Source: a virus
Taxonomy: Duplodnaviria > Heunggongvirae > Uroviricota > Caudoviricetes
Reading direction: 5' to 3' (one strand)
Virus record (IMG/VR): IMGVR_UViG_3300035208_005701
Length of the DNA: 64,000 nt
Part shown: positions 10,058-19,225 of the stretch, in pieces
How the letters are laid out: the number at the start of each line of letters is the position of its first letter
How positions within the stretch are numbered: the stretch's first letter is position 1
Program-made: the position numbers and the translations under genes
Notes under the pieces: model-generated
The model's input: the letters and a program-made list of their open reading frames with translations, nothing else
The model's database searches: none
What the model was told of the DNA's origin: nothing

Positions 10058-12316
10058 ATGAGCAAAGAATATTCATATAAAGATATTAAAGTTCTTAGTG
10101 AATTAGATCATATCAGATTAAACCCTGGTTTGTATATCGGGGAACTTAAAAATCCAAATCATCTTTGTTTCGAATTGTTAGATAATTCATTAGATGAAAG
10201 TATTCCTGGTTATGCAACAATAGTGGGAATAGTAATTAATACTCAAGAGGGGACAATTTCTGTATTAGATAATGGTAGAGGAATCCCTATTGAAAATAAT
10301 ACTATTCCTACTATAGCAACAAAACTTTTTTCAGGTGGTAAATTTGAAAAGAGTGAAGGTGGAAATGCTTATAAAGTTGCTTGTTGGGTTGGTTCTACAT
10401 TAATAAAAACTTTAAGAGGTCCTGTATCTATAGATGAGCTAATGGAAAATCCAGAAGTTCATCATCAGATTATATCACGACAAAAACATAATGGTAGAAA
10501 TTTTTGGAAAGTAGGATATATAAAAAAATGTCATTTAACTGGATATAGTAGAATATTTGTCAAAGTTACATTAAGTAATGGTTATACTGAAATGTGTACT
10601 CCTGAACAGTTATGGAGAACTAGAAATGGAAGATGGGTACCTGCTAAAAATTTAGAAGCGGGAACTTCATTGCTCACTTATAATTTAAGTGCTGATAATT
10701 ATTTTCCAACGGCCATGACTAGGAAAGTTACTAAAATTCAAAAAATGAGATTGAAAACCCAACTTCCAATATATGATATAATTGTTCCTTTTGGAAATTC
10801 ATATACTTTGGCTTCTGGGGCGCTTGTTCACAATTCTGGACTGCATGGAATAGGTTTAGTAGCAGTTACAGCATTGTCTGAATGGGTATCAGTCACTGTA
10901 CATAGAAATAATAAAAAGGCATTTTATAAATTTACAAATGCAAAATTAACAGAAGAAAAAATTACAGATTTTACTGAGAAAGCTCCTTATTCTACTCAAA
11001 TAACTTTTAAACCAGATAAAAAAATATTCGAATCTATTAAGTTTGAGGTTGATGCTATTCGACAACGAATGAAATTGGCTAGTGTGCATATTCCTCATTT
11101 GCAATTATTATTAATTGTTGATGGACAAAAAGAAGTAATAAATTGCGATGAGAATGATTATTTTCTACAGACATTGTTAGATGGAAAGAAATCTGAAAAT
11201 TTAACTTCAATTTTTGATATTAAAAAGAAGATTAAAGATGAAGAATTACATATCAAATTTTGTTGGGATTTTGAAGGTTCATCTGCTCCAAAACAAACTG
11301 GTTGTGTCAACTTGTTAAAAGTTGATCAGGGTAATCATATTAATATGGTATATTCTTCAATTAGAGATGTGTTTGAAGAATTAGGAAAAAAAGAGAAAAT
11401 GAAATTTACTGCATCTGATTCATTAGTTGGATTTAGATGTCATACTAGTCTTATGCTTTATAAGCCAGAATATACCTCTCAAACAAAAGAGAAATTGGCA
11501 ACATCTAAAGAAAAATTAAATCATTTATTTGAATCTGTTCAGATTGATATAAAAAAAATACTTAATGATAATCCAGAATTAAAAACTCAATTATTATCAA
11601 GTTTTGAAAATTATAGAAGAAGAATGGAGACAGGTAGAAGTATTGTTAAGACTGATGGAGTAGTTACTAGATTTAGCACTATTTCGGATTCTAAGTTGAG
11701 AGATTGTACTTCTAATTCTACGACTCAAACAGAATTATTCGTGACTGAAGGAACTAGTGCATCTGGATCTTTAATCCAATGTAGAGATCCGAGATATCAT
11801 GGAGTATTAGGATTAAAAGGAAAAATTCCAAATTTAGCTATGGCTGGAAAAGATGAATTGAAAAATAAAGAAATAGTGGAAATTATAAATGCACTTGGAA
11901 CTGGTATAGAACCGCATTTTAATTATCAAGGTCTGCGTTATGGAAAATGTATTTTTGCTTGCGACGCAGATGGAGATGGTTGCGCAAGATATGACTCTTT
12001 GATATATCTAAAAAATAAAAACGAACAAATACTAATAAAAGAATTAAAAGATCTTGTAGATAATAAAGATTATTTTAAAGATCATTTAATTTTAGGATAT
12101 AATGAAGAAGATAAAAAGTTCACATGGACTGAAATTATAAAAATATGGCCTTATAAAATATTTTCTGAATGGATAGATATAATATTGGAAAATGGACAAA
12201 TTATATCATTAACTCAAGACCATTTGGTTTTAACTAATAGAGGTTATATTAGAGCAGATGAATTAAATCAAGAGGATATTATAATAGATGCAGAAGAGTT
12301 TAGAGAAATTAGATAA
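10058..12316 (+). CDS. Type II topoisomerase ATPase plus Toprim (GyrB-like / T4 gp39-60-like) N-terminal polypeptide. It carries a contiguous mini-intein and ends in a split-intein N-fragment
   Basis: GHKL motifs ELLDNSLDE and DNGRGIP. ...SGGKFEKSEGGNAYKVA | intein | SGLHGIGLVAVTALS matches GyrB GGKFD..SYKVSGGLHGVG. Toprim ELFVTEGTSASGS. ...DADGDG is then followed by CARYDSLIYL... instead of the expected SHI..LLTFF. Confidence 0.8.
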   Translation: MSKEYSYKDIKVLSELDHIRLNPGLYIGELKNPNHLCFELLDNSLDESIPGYATIVGIVINTQEGTISVLDNGRGIPIENNTIPTIATKLFSGGKFEKSEGGNAYKVACWVGSTLIKTLRGPVSIDELMENPEVHHQIISRQKHNGRNFWKVGYIKKCHLTGYSRIFVKVTLSNGYTEMCTPEQLWRTRNGRWVPAKNLEAGTSLLTYNLSADNYFPTAMTRKVTKIQKMRLKTQLPIYDIIVPFGNSYTLASGALVHNSGLHGIGLVAVTALSEWVSVTVHRNNKKAFYKFTNAKLTEEKITDFTEKAPYSTQITFKPDKKIFESIKFEVDAIRQRMKLASVHIPHLQLLLIVDGQKEVINCDENDYFLQTLLDGKKSENLTSIFDIKKKIKDEELHIKFCWDFEGSSAPKQTGCVNLLKVDQGNHINMVYSSIRDVFEELGKKEKMKFTASDSLVGFRCHTSLMLYKPEYTSQTKEKLATSKEKLNHLFESVQIDIKKILNDNPELKTQLLSSFENYRRRMETGRSIVKTDGVVTRFSTISDSKLRDCTSNSTTQTELFVTEGTSASGSLIQCRDPRYHGVLGLKGKIPNLAMAGKDELKNKEIVEIINALGTGIEPHFNYQGLRYGKCIFACDADGDGCARYDSLIYLKNKNEQILIKELKDLVDNKDYFKDHLILGYNEEDKKFTWTEIIKIWPYKIFSEWIDIILENGQIISLTQDHLVLTNRGYIRADELNQEDIIIDAEEFREIR
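10382..10834 (+). mobile_element. Mini-intein (151 aa, Hint domain only) inserted in the GyrB-like ATPase domain between YKVA and SGLHG
   Basis: Begins with Cys (CWVGSTLIKT) and ends IYDIIVPFGNSYTLASGALVHN followed by the extein Ser. The flanking exteins rejoin into the conserved GyrB KV-SGLHG motif. GC content is visibly higher than in the surrounding sequence. Confidence 0.75.
11981..12313 (+). mobile_element. Split-intein N-fragment (about 111 aa) at the Toprim DxDGxH site, running to the stop of the N-terminal topoisomerase polypeptide
   Basis: The extein ...CIFACDADGDG is followed by Cys-1 (CARYDSLIYL...). Block-B-like LTQDHLVLTNRGYIRADEL (TxxH) sits near the end. The ORF stops without the intein C-terminal blocks. 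Confidence 0.65.
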
Positions 12317-13838
12317 AGTTAAACAGTTTTATCTAAATTATCTCAAGACTAAAAAAAGAGGAATTCTTGCTGCTGTAACTTATAGATTAAAAGATCCAGA
12401 GATAAAAACAACTTTGGATCTTTTAGTTCCTCTTCCATATAATTTATCTCTTAAATTTCATATGTGGTGTATTAGGAATTATGAATTGCCGAAATGTTTA
12501 TATTGTACCAAAGATTTACTTTTTAATTTGAAAAAAGGATTTTATACAAGTACCAAGCATAGATGCTGCTTCAAACCTCCTTATAATAATATTTATAGCA
12601 ATTATGAACAATTTTTCAATATGCCATCTTTAATGAAAGTTGATTATAAAACGTTCATACAACGACCAAATATTAAAAAAATAATTACTGAATTTTTAGA
12701 AAAATTTCCATATTTTTCTGATTATAAAACTCATATTTTCTCTCTATTTTCTTATGTTAAAAATTATGATGATTTATCATCTATACCTTATTGTAGAATT
12801 TGTGGAAAAAATAAAGTTTCTATTAATTTAACTTTATTATCCAAAAATAAGATATATTTTAATGATTATTGTTTTTCTTGTGTTCAAAAGTCAACTATGG
12901 AAAAAAGTATATCTTCAATAAAACAAAAATACAATGTAACAAATGTCAGTCAATTAGATTTTGTTAAGAAGAAGAAAGAGCAAACTAGTTTAAAAAATTA
13001 TCATGTAAAAAATCCAATGCAATCTGAAATAGTTAGATCTTCTCATAAACAAACATGTATTGATAGATATGGTGTTGAAAACGTATCTCAATCTGATCAA
13101 ATTAAAGTTCAAAAAAAAGAAACAATTTTAAAAAATTTCGGAAATTGGGAAACATTTATACAACATACATTAGGTGCATTTTGTAAAAGTAAAGGAGTTG
13201 AAAATGTATCTCAATTGAAAGAAGTAAAAGATAAAAAGATTTTAACATTTTTAAATCATTATGGAGTTGAAAATTGTTTTCAATCAGAAGAGATAAAATC
13301 TCAATCTAAATTAACATGTTTGAATAGATATGGATATGAATATTATTCACAAAGTATAGAAGCAAGAAGAAATACGAGAGAGAGATTATTAAATCAAATT
13401 GAAATTCAATTTTTGAACGGTGAACCTCTTGTTCCCACAATAGGGATATTTGAAAGAGAGTGTTTTAATTATTTAGAAAGAGAATGTAATATTCAAATTC
13501 TTAGAAATTCTAGATGTATAGGTTATTTTGTTGATGGATTTATACCATATATAAATTTATGCATAGAGTTTGATGAGGAGTTTCATTTTGATAAATATGG
13601 AAATTTATTAGATGTAGATTTAAGAAGACAAAAAGAAATTCAAGATTATCTATCATGTGAATTTTTTAGAATTTCTAAAAAGAATTGGAATGTAAATAGA
13701 GAAAGAGTAGTTACTAATTTTAAAGAAATAATGGAAAAATGTTCAAATAAAATATCAGATAATAATATTAAAGTCATTTTCGAAAATAGACAATACAGAA
13801 TAATTAGGAGTAACTATGAAGATAAGGAAAATAAATAA
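12288..13838 (+). CDS. Free-standing putative homing endonuclease between the two intein halves, with a PD-(D/E)xK / Vsr-like nuclease core at the C-terminus
   Basis: Inserted exactly between IntN and IntC in a different frame. Tandem modules of about 30 aa (RYGVENVSQSDQIK / KGVENVSQLKEVK / YGVENCFQSEEIK / RYGYEYYSQSIE). C-terminal GYFVDGFIPYINLCIEFDEEFH resembles the D...(E/D)xK 'IEVDG..H' nuclease signature. Confidence 0.5.
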   Translation: MQKSLEKLDKVKQFYLNYLKTKKRGILAAVTYRLKDPEIKTTLDLLVPLPYNLSLKFHMWCIRNYELPKCLYCTKDLLFNLKKGFYTSTKHRCCFKPPYNNIYSNYEQFFNMPSLMKVDYKTFIQRPNIKKIITEFLEKFPYFSDYKTHIFSLFSYVKNYDDLSSIPYCRICGKNKVSINLTLLSKNKIYFNDYCFSCVQKSTMEKSISSIKQKYNVTNVSQLDFVKKKKEQTSLKNYHVKNPMQSEIVRSSHKQTCIDRYGVENVSQSDQIKVQKKETILKNFGNWETFIQHTLGAFCKSKGVENVSQLKEVKDKKILTFLNHYGVENCFQSEEIKSQSKLTCLNRYGYEYYSQSIEARRNTRERLLNQIEIQFLNGEPLVPTIGIFERECFNYLERECNIQILRNSRCIGYFVDGFIPYINLCIEFDEEFHFDKYGNLLDVDLRRQKEIQDYLSCEFFRISKKNWNVNRERVVTNFKEIMEKCSNKISDNNIKVIFENRQYRIIRSNYEDKENK

Positions 13839-13926
13839 AAGAAAATTAAATAATATAAATTTTTGCGACTTAACTACAGGAACTGGAAATTTTGTATTAG
13901 CAAATGGAAATGTTGTTATTCATAAT
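13816..13926 (+). mobile_element. Split-intein C-fragment (37 aa) at the start of the C-terminal topoisomerase polypeptide
   Basis: MKIRKINKRKLNNINFCDLTTGTGNFVLANGNVVIHN followed by S. The length and pattern match DnaE-type IntC sequences (...HNFALKNGFIASN). Confidence 0.65.
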
Positions 13927-14280
13927 AGTCATATTACTACATTATTAATGATTGTATTTTTAAAACTAGTCCCTGAATTAATAAAAAAAGGTCACATTTT
14001 TACAGCAGAGATGCCTCTTTATGGTGCTCAAGTTGGAAAAGTATTTACTCCTTTTTATACAGATGAGGATGTAGAAAAATTTAAATTATCTAATCCTAAT
14101 GTCAAATTACAAAGATATAAAGGTTTAGGTGAAATGAATCCAGATCAATTGAAAGTTTGTTTATTAGATTCTTCTAGACGATTGCATAAAATTGAATTTC
14201 CTGATAATAGCGAAGATCTTTTAAAACTTATGATAGATGCTGATCTCAAAAGACAATTGGTACAAAGGGAGGAAGAATGA
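13816..14280 (+). CDS. IntC plus the C-terminal part of the GyrB-like topoisomerase II subunit (completes the Toprim and tail)
   Basis: After HN: SHITTLLMIVF (GyrB SHIRTLLLTFF) ... YKGLGEMNPDQL (GyrB KGLGEMNP.QL). Confidence 0.75.
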   Translation: MKIRKINKRKLNNINFCDLTTGTGNFVLANGNVVIHNSHITTLLMIVFLKLVPELIKKGHIFTAEMPLYGAQVGKVFTPFYTDEDVEKFKLSNPNVKLQRYKGLGEMNPDQLKVCLLDSSRRLHKIEFPDNSEDLLKLMIDADLKRQLVQREEE

Positions 14281-15584
14281 AAATTAGCGTGCCGAAATTG
14301 TATTCTGAGTATGGGAGATATATAAATAAATTCAGATCTTTTCCTTTAATTCATGACGGATTGAAAATAGTGGAACGTCGTCTGCTTTATTCTTTATATG
14401 AAGTATCACGAGATCATTATACTAAAGCTGCAAAAGTGATAGGACATTGTATAGGAAATTATCACGGACATGGAGATCAGAGCGCATATGGATCACTGGT
14501 GGGTCTTGTTCAAAATAATTTAGCTGATGGACAAGGTAACTGGGGTTCTGATATCGGAATAGAATCATGTGATCCAGCAGCTATGAGATATACAGAAGTA
14601 AGATGCAGCAAAGATGTTTTGAAATTGGCTTTTGAATTTATCAAGTATGTAGATTTTGAGGCATTAGAACTTGATTCTGAACCAGTATACTTACCTACTA
14701 AATTACCATTTTGTCTTTTACAAAAATATTATTCTCAAGGAATAGGATTTGGGTTTAGAACATATATTCCATGTTATAAAATTAATGATTTAATTAAAAG
14801 ATTAAAGTGGTTATTAGGTGAATCTAAAACTGAACCTATAATTAAACCAATAAGTGATTGTGATTTATTATCTACTAACAATGATTATAAAGAACTTCTT
14901 ACTACTGGAAAAGGCAAGATAGAATTACAAGGTAAGAGTTTCATTGATGGAAAATCAGTTGTAATTCAATCGATTCCTCCCGCTAAAACTTTTCTTAAAA
15001 TAATTCAATTTTTAGAAAAAGATATTACTGCAAAAAATATAGGGTGGACAGATGAATCTAATGGTAGAGATGGAACTAAAGTAAGATTTACTATTTTAAG
15101 ACAAAGAGGATACTCTGTAGAATCATTACAAGATAAAATACAGAAAATGTTAAAAAGTACTATTACATTTGAATGTAATATGTGTGATACGGATGGAAAA
15201 GTAATTTTGGTTCCTCCAGATCAAATGTTACTTACTACTTATAAAATGTATAAAGATACAATAGAAAAATACTTAAAAGATAATATTCAAAATCTGGATA
15301 ATAAAATTCAAGAGATGAATATTATTAAAAAGATCAAGATTATATTACCGGATCTACTTAAAACTTATCCAGATGATCCAGATAAGATAATAGAAAATAT
15401 ATGTAACAAACTTCAAATAACTTCTGATATAGTAAAGGATTTATTTGAAAAATACAATATCAATAGACTGTTAAAAGTAAAAGTTGATATTGAAAAAGTA
15501 GAAACAGACAAACAAGTATTTGTGGACAATTTAAATAATTTAGTAAATTATATCTGGACTGAAAAATATGAAAGGGGATTCTAA
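14277..15584 (+). CDS. Type II topoisomerase DNA breakage-reunion subunit (GyrA N-terminal-like / T4 gp52-like)
   Basis: DGLKIVERRLLYSLYE..., IGNYHGHGDQSAYGSLVGLVQ (GyrA KYHPHGD), and the active-site region AMRYTEVR (GyrA AMRYTE.R with the catalytic Tyr). Confidence 0.8.
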   Translation: MKISVPKLYSEYGRYINKFRSFPLIHDGLKIVERRLLYSLYEVSRDHYTKAAKVIGHCIGNYHGHGDQSAYGSLVGLVQNNLADGQGNWGSDIGIESCDPAAMRYTEVRCSKDVLKLAFEFIKYVDFEALELDSEPVYLPTKLPFCLLQKYYSQGIGFGFRTYIPCYKINDLIKRLKWLLGESKTEPIIKPISDCDLLSTNNDYKELLTTGKGKIELQGKSFIDGKSVVIQSIPPAKTFLKIIQFLEKDITAKNIGWTDESNGRDGTKVRFTILRQRGYSVESLQDKIQKMLKSTITFECNMCDTDGKVILVPPDQMLLTTYKMYKDTIEKYLKDNIQNLDNKIQEMNIIKKIKIILPDLLKTYPDDPDKIIENICNKLQITSDIVKDLFEKYNINRLLKVKVDIEKVETDKQVFVDNLNNLVNYIWTEKYERGF

Positions 15585-16021
15585 TGTTTTGTAGATTATA
15601 TGAAGCAAAAGTTGGTACAGATATGGATTTTACTTCTCATGAAAAATGTATAAAAAAAGAATGTATGAATTTTGATGATGTATTACAATGTACAATTTCT
15701 AGAGATGTAAATATTCATTTGGATAACAATAAATTTGGATGGGAAATAGATCGACAAATTAATTTGAAAGAATTAAAATTAACAAAAAGTGAATTAAGTT
15801 CTTATTTTTTCGATAAGATGATAAAAATAATACATCCAAATAATCCAGATATTTGGATCTTTGATTGCTTAAAAAAAGATAAAGAGTCTCAAGTGTTTCT
15901 TTTATATGTTGGTGGCAGACACAAAGGAACATTTAAAACTATGAAAGAACTTATGCATAAATTAAAGAATGAGGTCGAATATACTGGTAGAGATTTGATA
16001 GAGAAAGATTTTATAATTTAA
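15584..16021 (+). CDS. Hypothetical protein (145 aa)
   Basis: ORF with an ATGA-type junction; no motif. Confidence 0.4.
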   Translation: MFCRLYEAKVGTDMDFTSHEKCIKKECMNFDDVLQCTISRDVNIHLDNNKFGWEIDRQINLKELKLTKSELSSYFFDKMIKIIHPNNPDIWIFDCLKKDKESQVFLLYVGGRHKGTFKTMKELMHKLKNEVEYTGRDLIEKDFII

Positions 16022-16030
16022 AGGAGAAAA

Positions 16031-16459
16031 ATGTATATAATACGAAAAAAAATTAAATTTGAAATGGGGCATAGATTGACTGGTGCGTATACTAAATTAT
16101 GCAAGAACAGCCATGGACATAGTTTTGAACTGGAATTATTTTTTAGAAGTGACAAACTTGATGAAGATGGATTTATAATTGATTTTAAATTAATTAAAGA
16201 TAAACTTAAAGATTATATAGATAAATGGGATCATTGTTTTGTTATTTCTTCTCAAATGGATAAAGAATATATAGATTTTGAAAAGAAATACAATGATAAA
16301 ATTGAAGTAGTTGATTTTAATCCTACAGCTGAAAACATGGTAAAAAATATGTATGATTATATTAAGATTCAATTTCCTTGTTTGTGGAAAGTCAGACTTC
16401 ATGAAACAGATACTGGTTATGCTGAATATTATGAAGATGAAAAGTGTTGTAAAGGATAA
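16031..16459 (+). CDS. queD: 6-carboxy-5,6,7,8-tetrahydropterin synthase (QueD / PTPS family)
   Basis: GHRL...CKNSHGHSF (Cx3HGH zinc/catalytic motif) ... IIDF ... WDH. The size of 142 aa is typical. Confidence 0.75.
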   Translation: MYIIRKKIKFEMGHRLTGAYTKLCKNSHGHSFELELFFRSDKLDEDGFIIDFKLIKDKLKDYIDKWDHCFVISSQMDKEYIDFEKKYNDKIEVVDFNPTAENMVKNMYDYIKIQFPCLWKVRLHETDTGYAEYYEDEKCCKG

Positions 16460-17836
16460 TTGATCATAATGTATTTTATAAAAACATCAGCGATCAGAAT
16501 TCCTACTTCTTTATCTAATCATGAATGGTATCAAAATATTATTTCAGATTTGACAAGAAAAGAACGTGATTATAATAATCCTACGGTAGAAGTATCTAAA
16601 ACATTTTTTGATATAAGGGATGGGATGATGCTTCTGCCTAGGAATTATAATGTTCAAATATCTGGACATGATATTATTGATTGTAATTCTAGTGGTGAGG
16701 ATATAAAAATAGAATTTAAATCTTCATTCAAAAATGATTTGCAAAAAGAAGCTCATAATGGAATGATAAATAGCGAATCATGTGTATTATGTATGCAACC
16801 AGGTGAAGGAAAAACTGTAATAGCTATATCAGTAATTTGTACATTTAAAAAGAAATCTATAATTTTCGTACATAAAGATTCTTTAGCTGTTCAATGGAAA
16901 GAGAGATTTTTACAACATTCTGATTTAAAAGATGATGATGTAGGAATGTTAAAAACCCATGAACATCTAGAAATTTTAAAGAAACCAGTAGTTATCAGTA
17001 CAGTTCAAACATTATGTAGTATGATAAGAAGATTACCAAATATAGAAAAAATATTACATGATGCTAATTTTGGTATAGCTTTTTGGGATGAATGTCATAC
17101 TTCAGTAAGTGCTGAAATGTTTTCGTTGAGTTCATTATATTTACCAGTAAAAAGATCTTATGGATTATCTGCAACCCCTTCTAGAAGTGATGGAAATTCT
17201 GATATTATAGAAAAACATGTAGGGAAAATATTTATTCCTTCTGGTTCTGGGCAAACTTTAACTCCACTGATAGTTGTTGTACAATTTAATCATGGAGTTT
17301 TATGTAATCATCGAGAATATATTTTTAATGATTTTCGAACAGGAAAGAAAGAATTTTCAAGAGAGAGATATTTGCAAATGTTAGTTAGTAAAAAAAATCA
17401 AATGTATGTTAATACAATGAAAAAAGTTATTAAATATATTTATAATTCTAAAAGAATAACTTTATTTCTATCAGATAGAATTAAAATTTTGGATGTTGGG
17501 TCTGAAGTTATTCCAAAATTTGATGTTGGTTTTTTTATTCCTAGAAGTGGAGAAAATAGAGATACTGATTTATTAAAGAAATTTGTATTTAGTACTTATG
17601 GTTCTGCTAGAGATGGAACAGATAGGCCACAATTTGATTGTTTAGTTATGGGAACGCCTACATCCAATTTAGCACAGTGTGTAGGTAGAGTTTTAAGACC
17701 ATATCCAGGAAAATTGCAACCTGTAGTTTTTGATTTTGTAGATATCGGATGTTCTCAAATGGAAGGATTATTTGAAAATAGAAAAAATTTTTATGAAAGA
17801 AAAAATTGGAATATAGAATATAGATTGATAAAATAA
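16460..17836 (+). CDS. Superfamily-2 DExH helicase / ATPase
   Basis: Walker A-like QPGEGKTVIA and DExH box FWDECH. Confidence 0.55.
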   Translation: MIIMYFIKTSAIRIPTSLSNHEWYQNIISDLTRKERDYNNPTVEVSKTFFDIRDGMMLLPRNYNVQISGHDIIDCNSSGEDIKIEFKSSFKNDLQKEAHNGMINSESCVLCMQPGEGKTVIAISVICTFKKKSIIFVHKDSLAVQWKERFLQHSDLKDDDVGMLKTHEHLEILKKPVVISTVQTLCSMIRRLPNIEKILHDANFGIAFWDECHTSVSAEMFSLSSLYLPVKRSYGLSATPSRSDGNSDIIEKHVGKIFIPSGSGQTLTPLIVVVQFNHGVLCNHREYIFNDFRTGKKEFSRERYLQMLVSKKNQMYVNTMKKVIKYIYNSKRITLFLSDRIKILDVGSEVIPKFDVGFFIPRSGENRDTDLLKKFVFSTYGSARDGTDRPQFDCLVMGTPTSNLAQCVGRVLRPYPGKLQPVVFDFVDIGCSQMEGLFENRKNFYERKNWNIEYRLIK

Positions 17837-17962
17837 TTATAAGTTTGCACTGATGATTTTTTTTTGTGTTTTTAGATATATTGTATAGTGGTATTTACTA
17901 ATACCACAATGAATAAATTATATATGATGATTTGACAAATAAATATATTAAAAGGAGTATAA

Positions 17963-18442
17963 ATGAAAACTAAATTTAAATTTGTATTTGTATTGTTTAT
18001 TTTATTAATTTTTGGAATGTTGCTTCCTGGTTGTATTTTTTCTTATTTAAGTTATAAAAATTCAGAAAAAGAAATATTACAAGAAAGAATAATGGCATCA
18101 GGAAATGAAGATGCTATAAAAGCATTAGAGATGGGAATTTCTGAAAAGAAGATTATATCAGCAGTTCCAATTGAAAAAGGAGTAGCTTTAAAAATAAGTA
18201 TTCAACCTGGAATGATGGAAGTACTTACTAAAAATGGATTAAGACAAACTGGAGCTGCAATACTAGATGCTGGAACTATTTATGCAATAGCTCAAGCAAC
18301 TAAATCGAATTCAGATACTACTAATAATGATAATAGTACTACTAACAATACGACCAATAATAATAGTACTAATGGAAACAATTCTCCTATTATTAATGGT
18401 AATGATAATAATTCTACCGGAGATGATAATGGTGGAGAATAA
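17963..18442 (+). CDS. Putative lipoprotein with an Asn/Thr-rich low-complexity C-terminus
   Basis: Signal peptide plus lipobox LLPGC, followed by NNDNSTTNNTTNNNSTNGNNS. Confidence 0.5.
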   Translation: MKTKFKFVFVLFILLIFGMLLPGCIFSYLSYKNSEKEILQERIMASGNEDAIKALEMGISEKKIISAVPIEKGVALKISIQPGMMEVLTKNGLRQTGAAILDAGTIYAIAQATKSNSDTTNNDNSTTNNTTNNNSTNGNNSPIINGNDNNSTGDDNGGE

Positions 18443-18458
18443 TTATAAAAATAATAGA

Positions 18459-18498
18459 ACTGGGGATATTATAATGATTGTATCTCCAGTTATATTTA
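18459..18498 (+). terminator. Hairpin (actggggata / tatctccagt, 9 of 10 positions paired) followed by a T-rich tail
   Basis: Read directly, downstream of the 17963 gene's stop. Confidence 0.4.
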
Positions 18499-18520
18499 AA
18501 TAAAAAGGAGTTTATAGATT

Positions 18521-18898
18521 ATGAATGGTCAAATTAGATCAAGTGAAATACCGCAAGAAATATATGTAGCTATCTTAAACAGAAAAGGATTCTGTTTTAA
18601 TAAATCTTTAAAAATTTTCTGGAATGAACAAGAGAAGGGGTGGACTAATTCAGTTAAAAAAGTTTTTATAACAAAGCTTGGACTTTCAGTTAGACATTAT
18701 TCGATATCGTATTCATCTCCAGAAAGAGATAAAGTTCAATCTTGGATGCTTGGTATTAGATGTTGTAATTATATGCATAAAATTGATCCTTTAATATATT
18801 ATGCGAATTTAAATGAAAAGTTCTTATCAACAAAGAAAAAAGATTTTAATAACGATATTGAAGAAACTATTGAATCAATAAAAATCGCAGAGGAATAA
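18521..18898 (+). CDS. Hypothetical protein (125 aa)
   Basis: AAAAGGAG RBS upstream. Confidence 0.4.
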   Translation: MNGQIRSSEIPQEIYVAILNRKGFCFNKSLKIFWNEQEKGWTNSVKKVFITKLGLSVRHYSISYSSPERDKVQSWMLGIRCCNYMHKIDPLIYYANLNEKFLSTKKKDFNNDIEETIESIKIAEE

Positions 18899-19225
18899 AT
18901 GAAAGAAACAAAATTAGAAATAAAAATTGGAAAACGAGAGGATAAAGTATTAATTGAATTTTCTGATAAAGTTTGTTATTTACTTTTAAATCCTAAAGAA
19001 GCATCTAATATATCTGATACTATAAAAAAAGTTTCTGAATCTATTTTAATTTTTAACAATGGAAATAAGAAATGAAGACAGTATATATTTTTATTATTTC
19101 TATTTTATTATCTGGTTGTATTTTACTAAATAATGATCTTAGACCTCCATTAATGAATAATGATTCATTTATGAATTTTCAAACATATGAAAATCAAAAT
19201 TTGATATATGGGAGTAATTATAATT

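Noticed and set aside
12288-13838. Reading 12288..13838 as an in-frame endonuclease domain of a single large intein
   Set aside because: It is in a different reading frame from both intein halves. IntN ends with a TAA stop, and IntC begins with its own ATG and RBS-like context. Without a compensating double frameshift, the split arrangement is the straightforward reading. This should still be checked against raw reads.
17931-17962. TTGACA upstream of the lipoprotein gene as a sigma70 promoter
   Set aside because: No acceptable -10 element at a 16-19 nt spacing. In this AT-rich sequence, TTGACA alone is not convincing.
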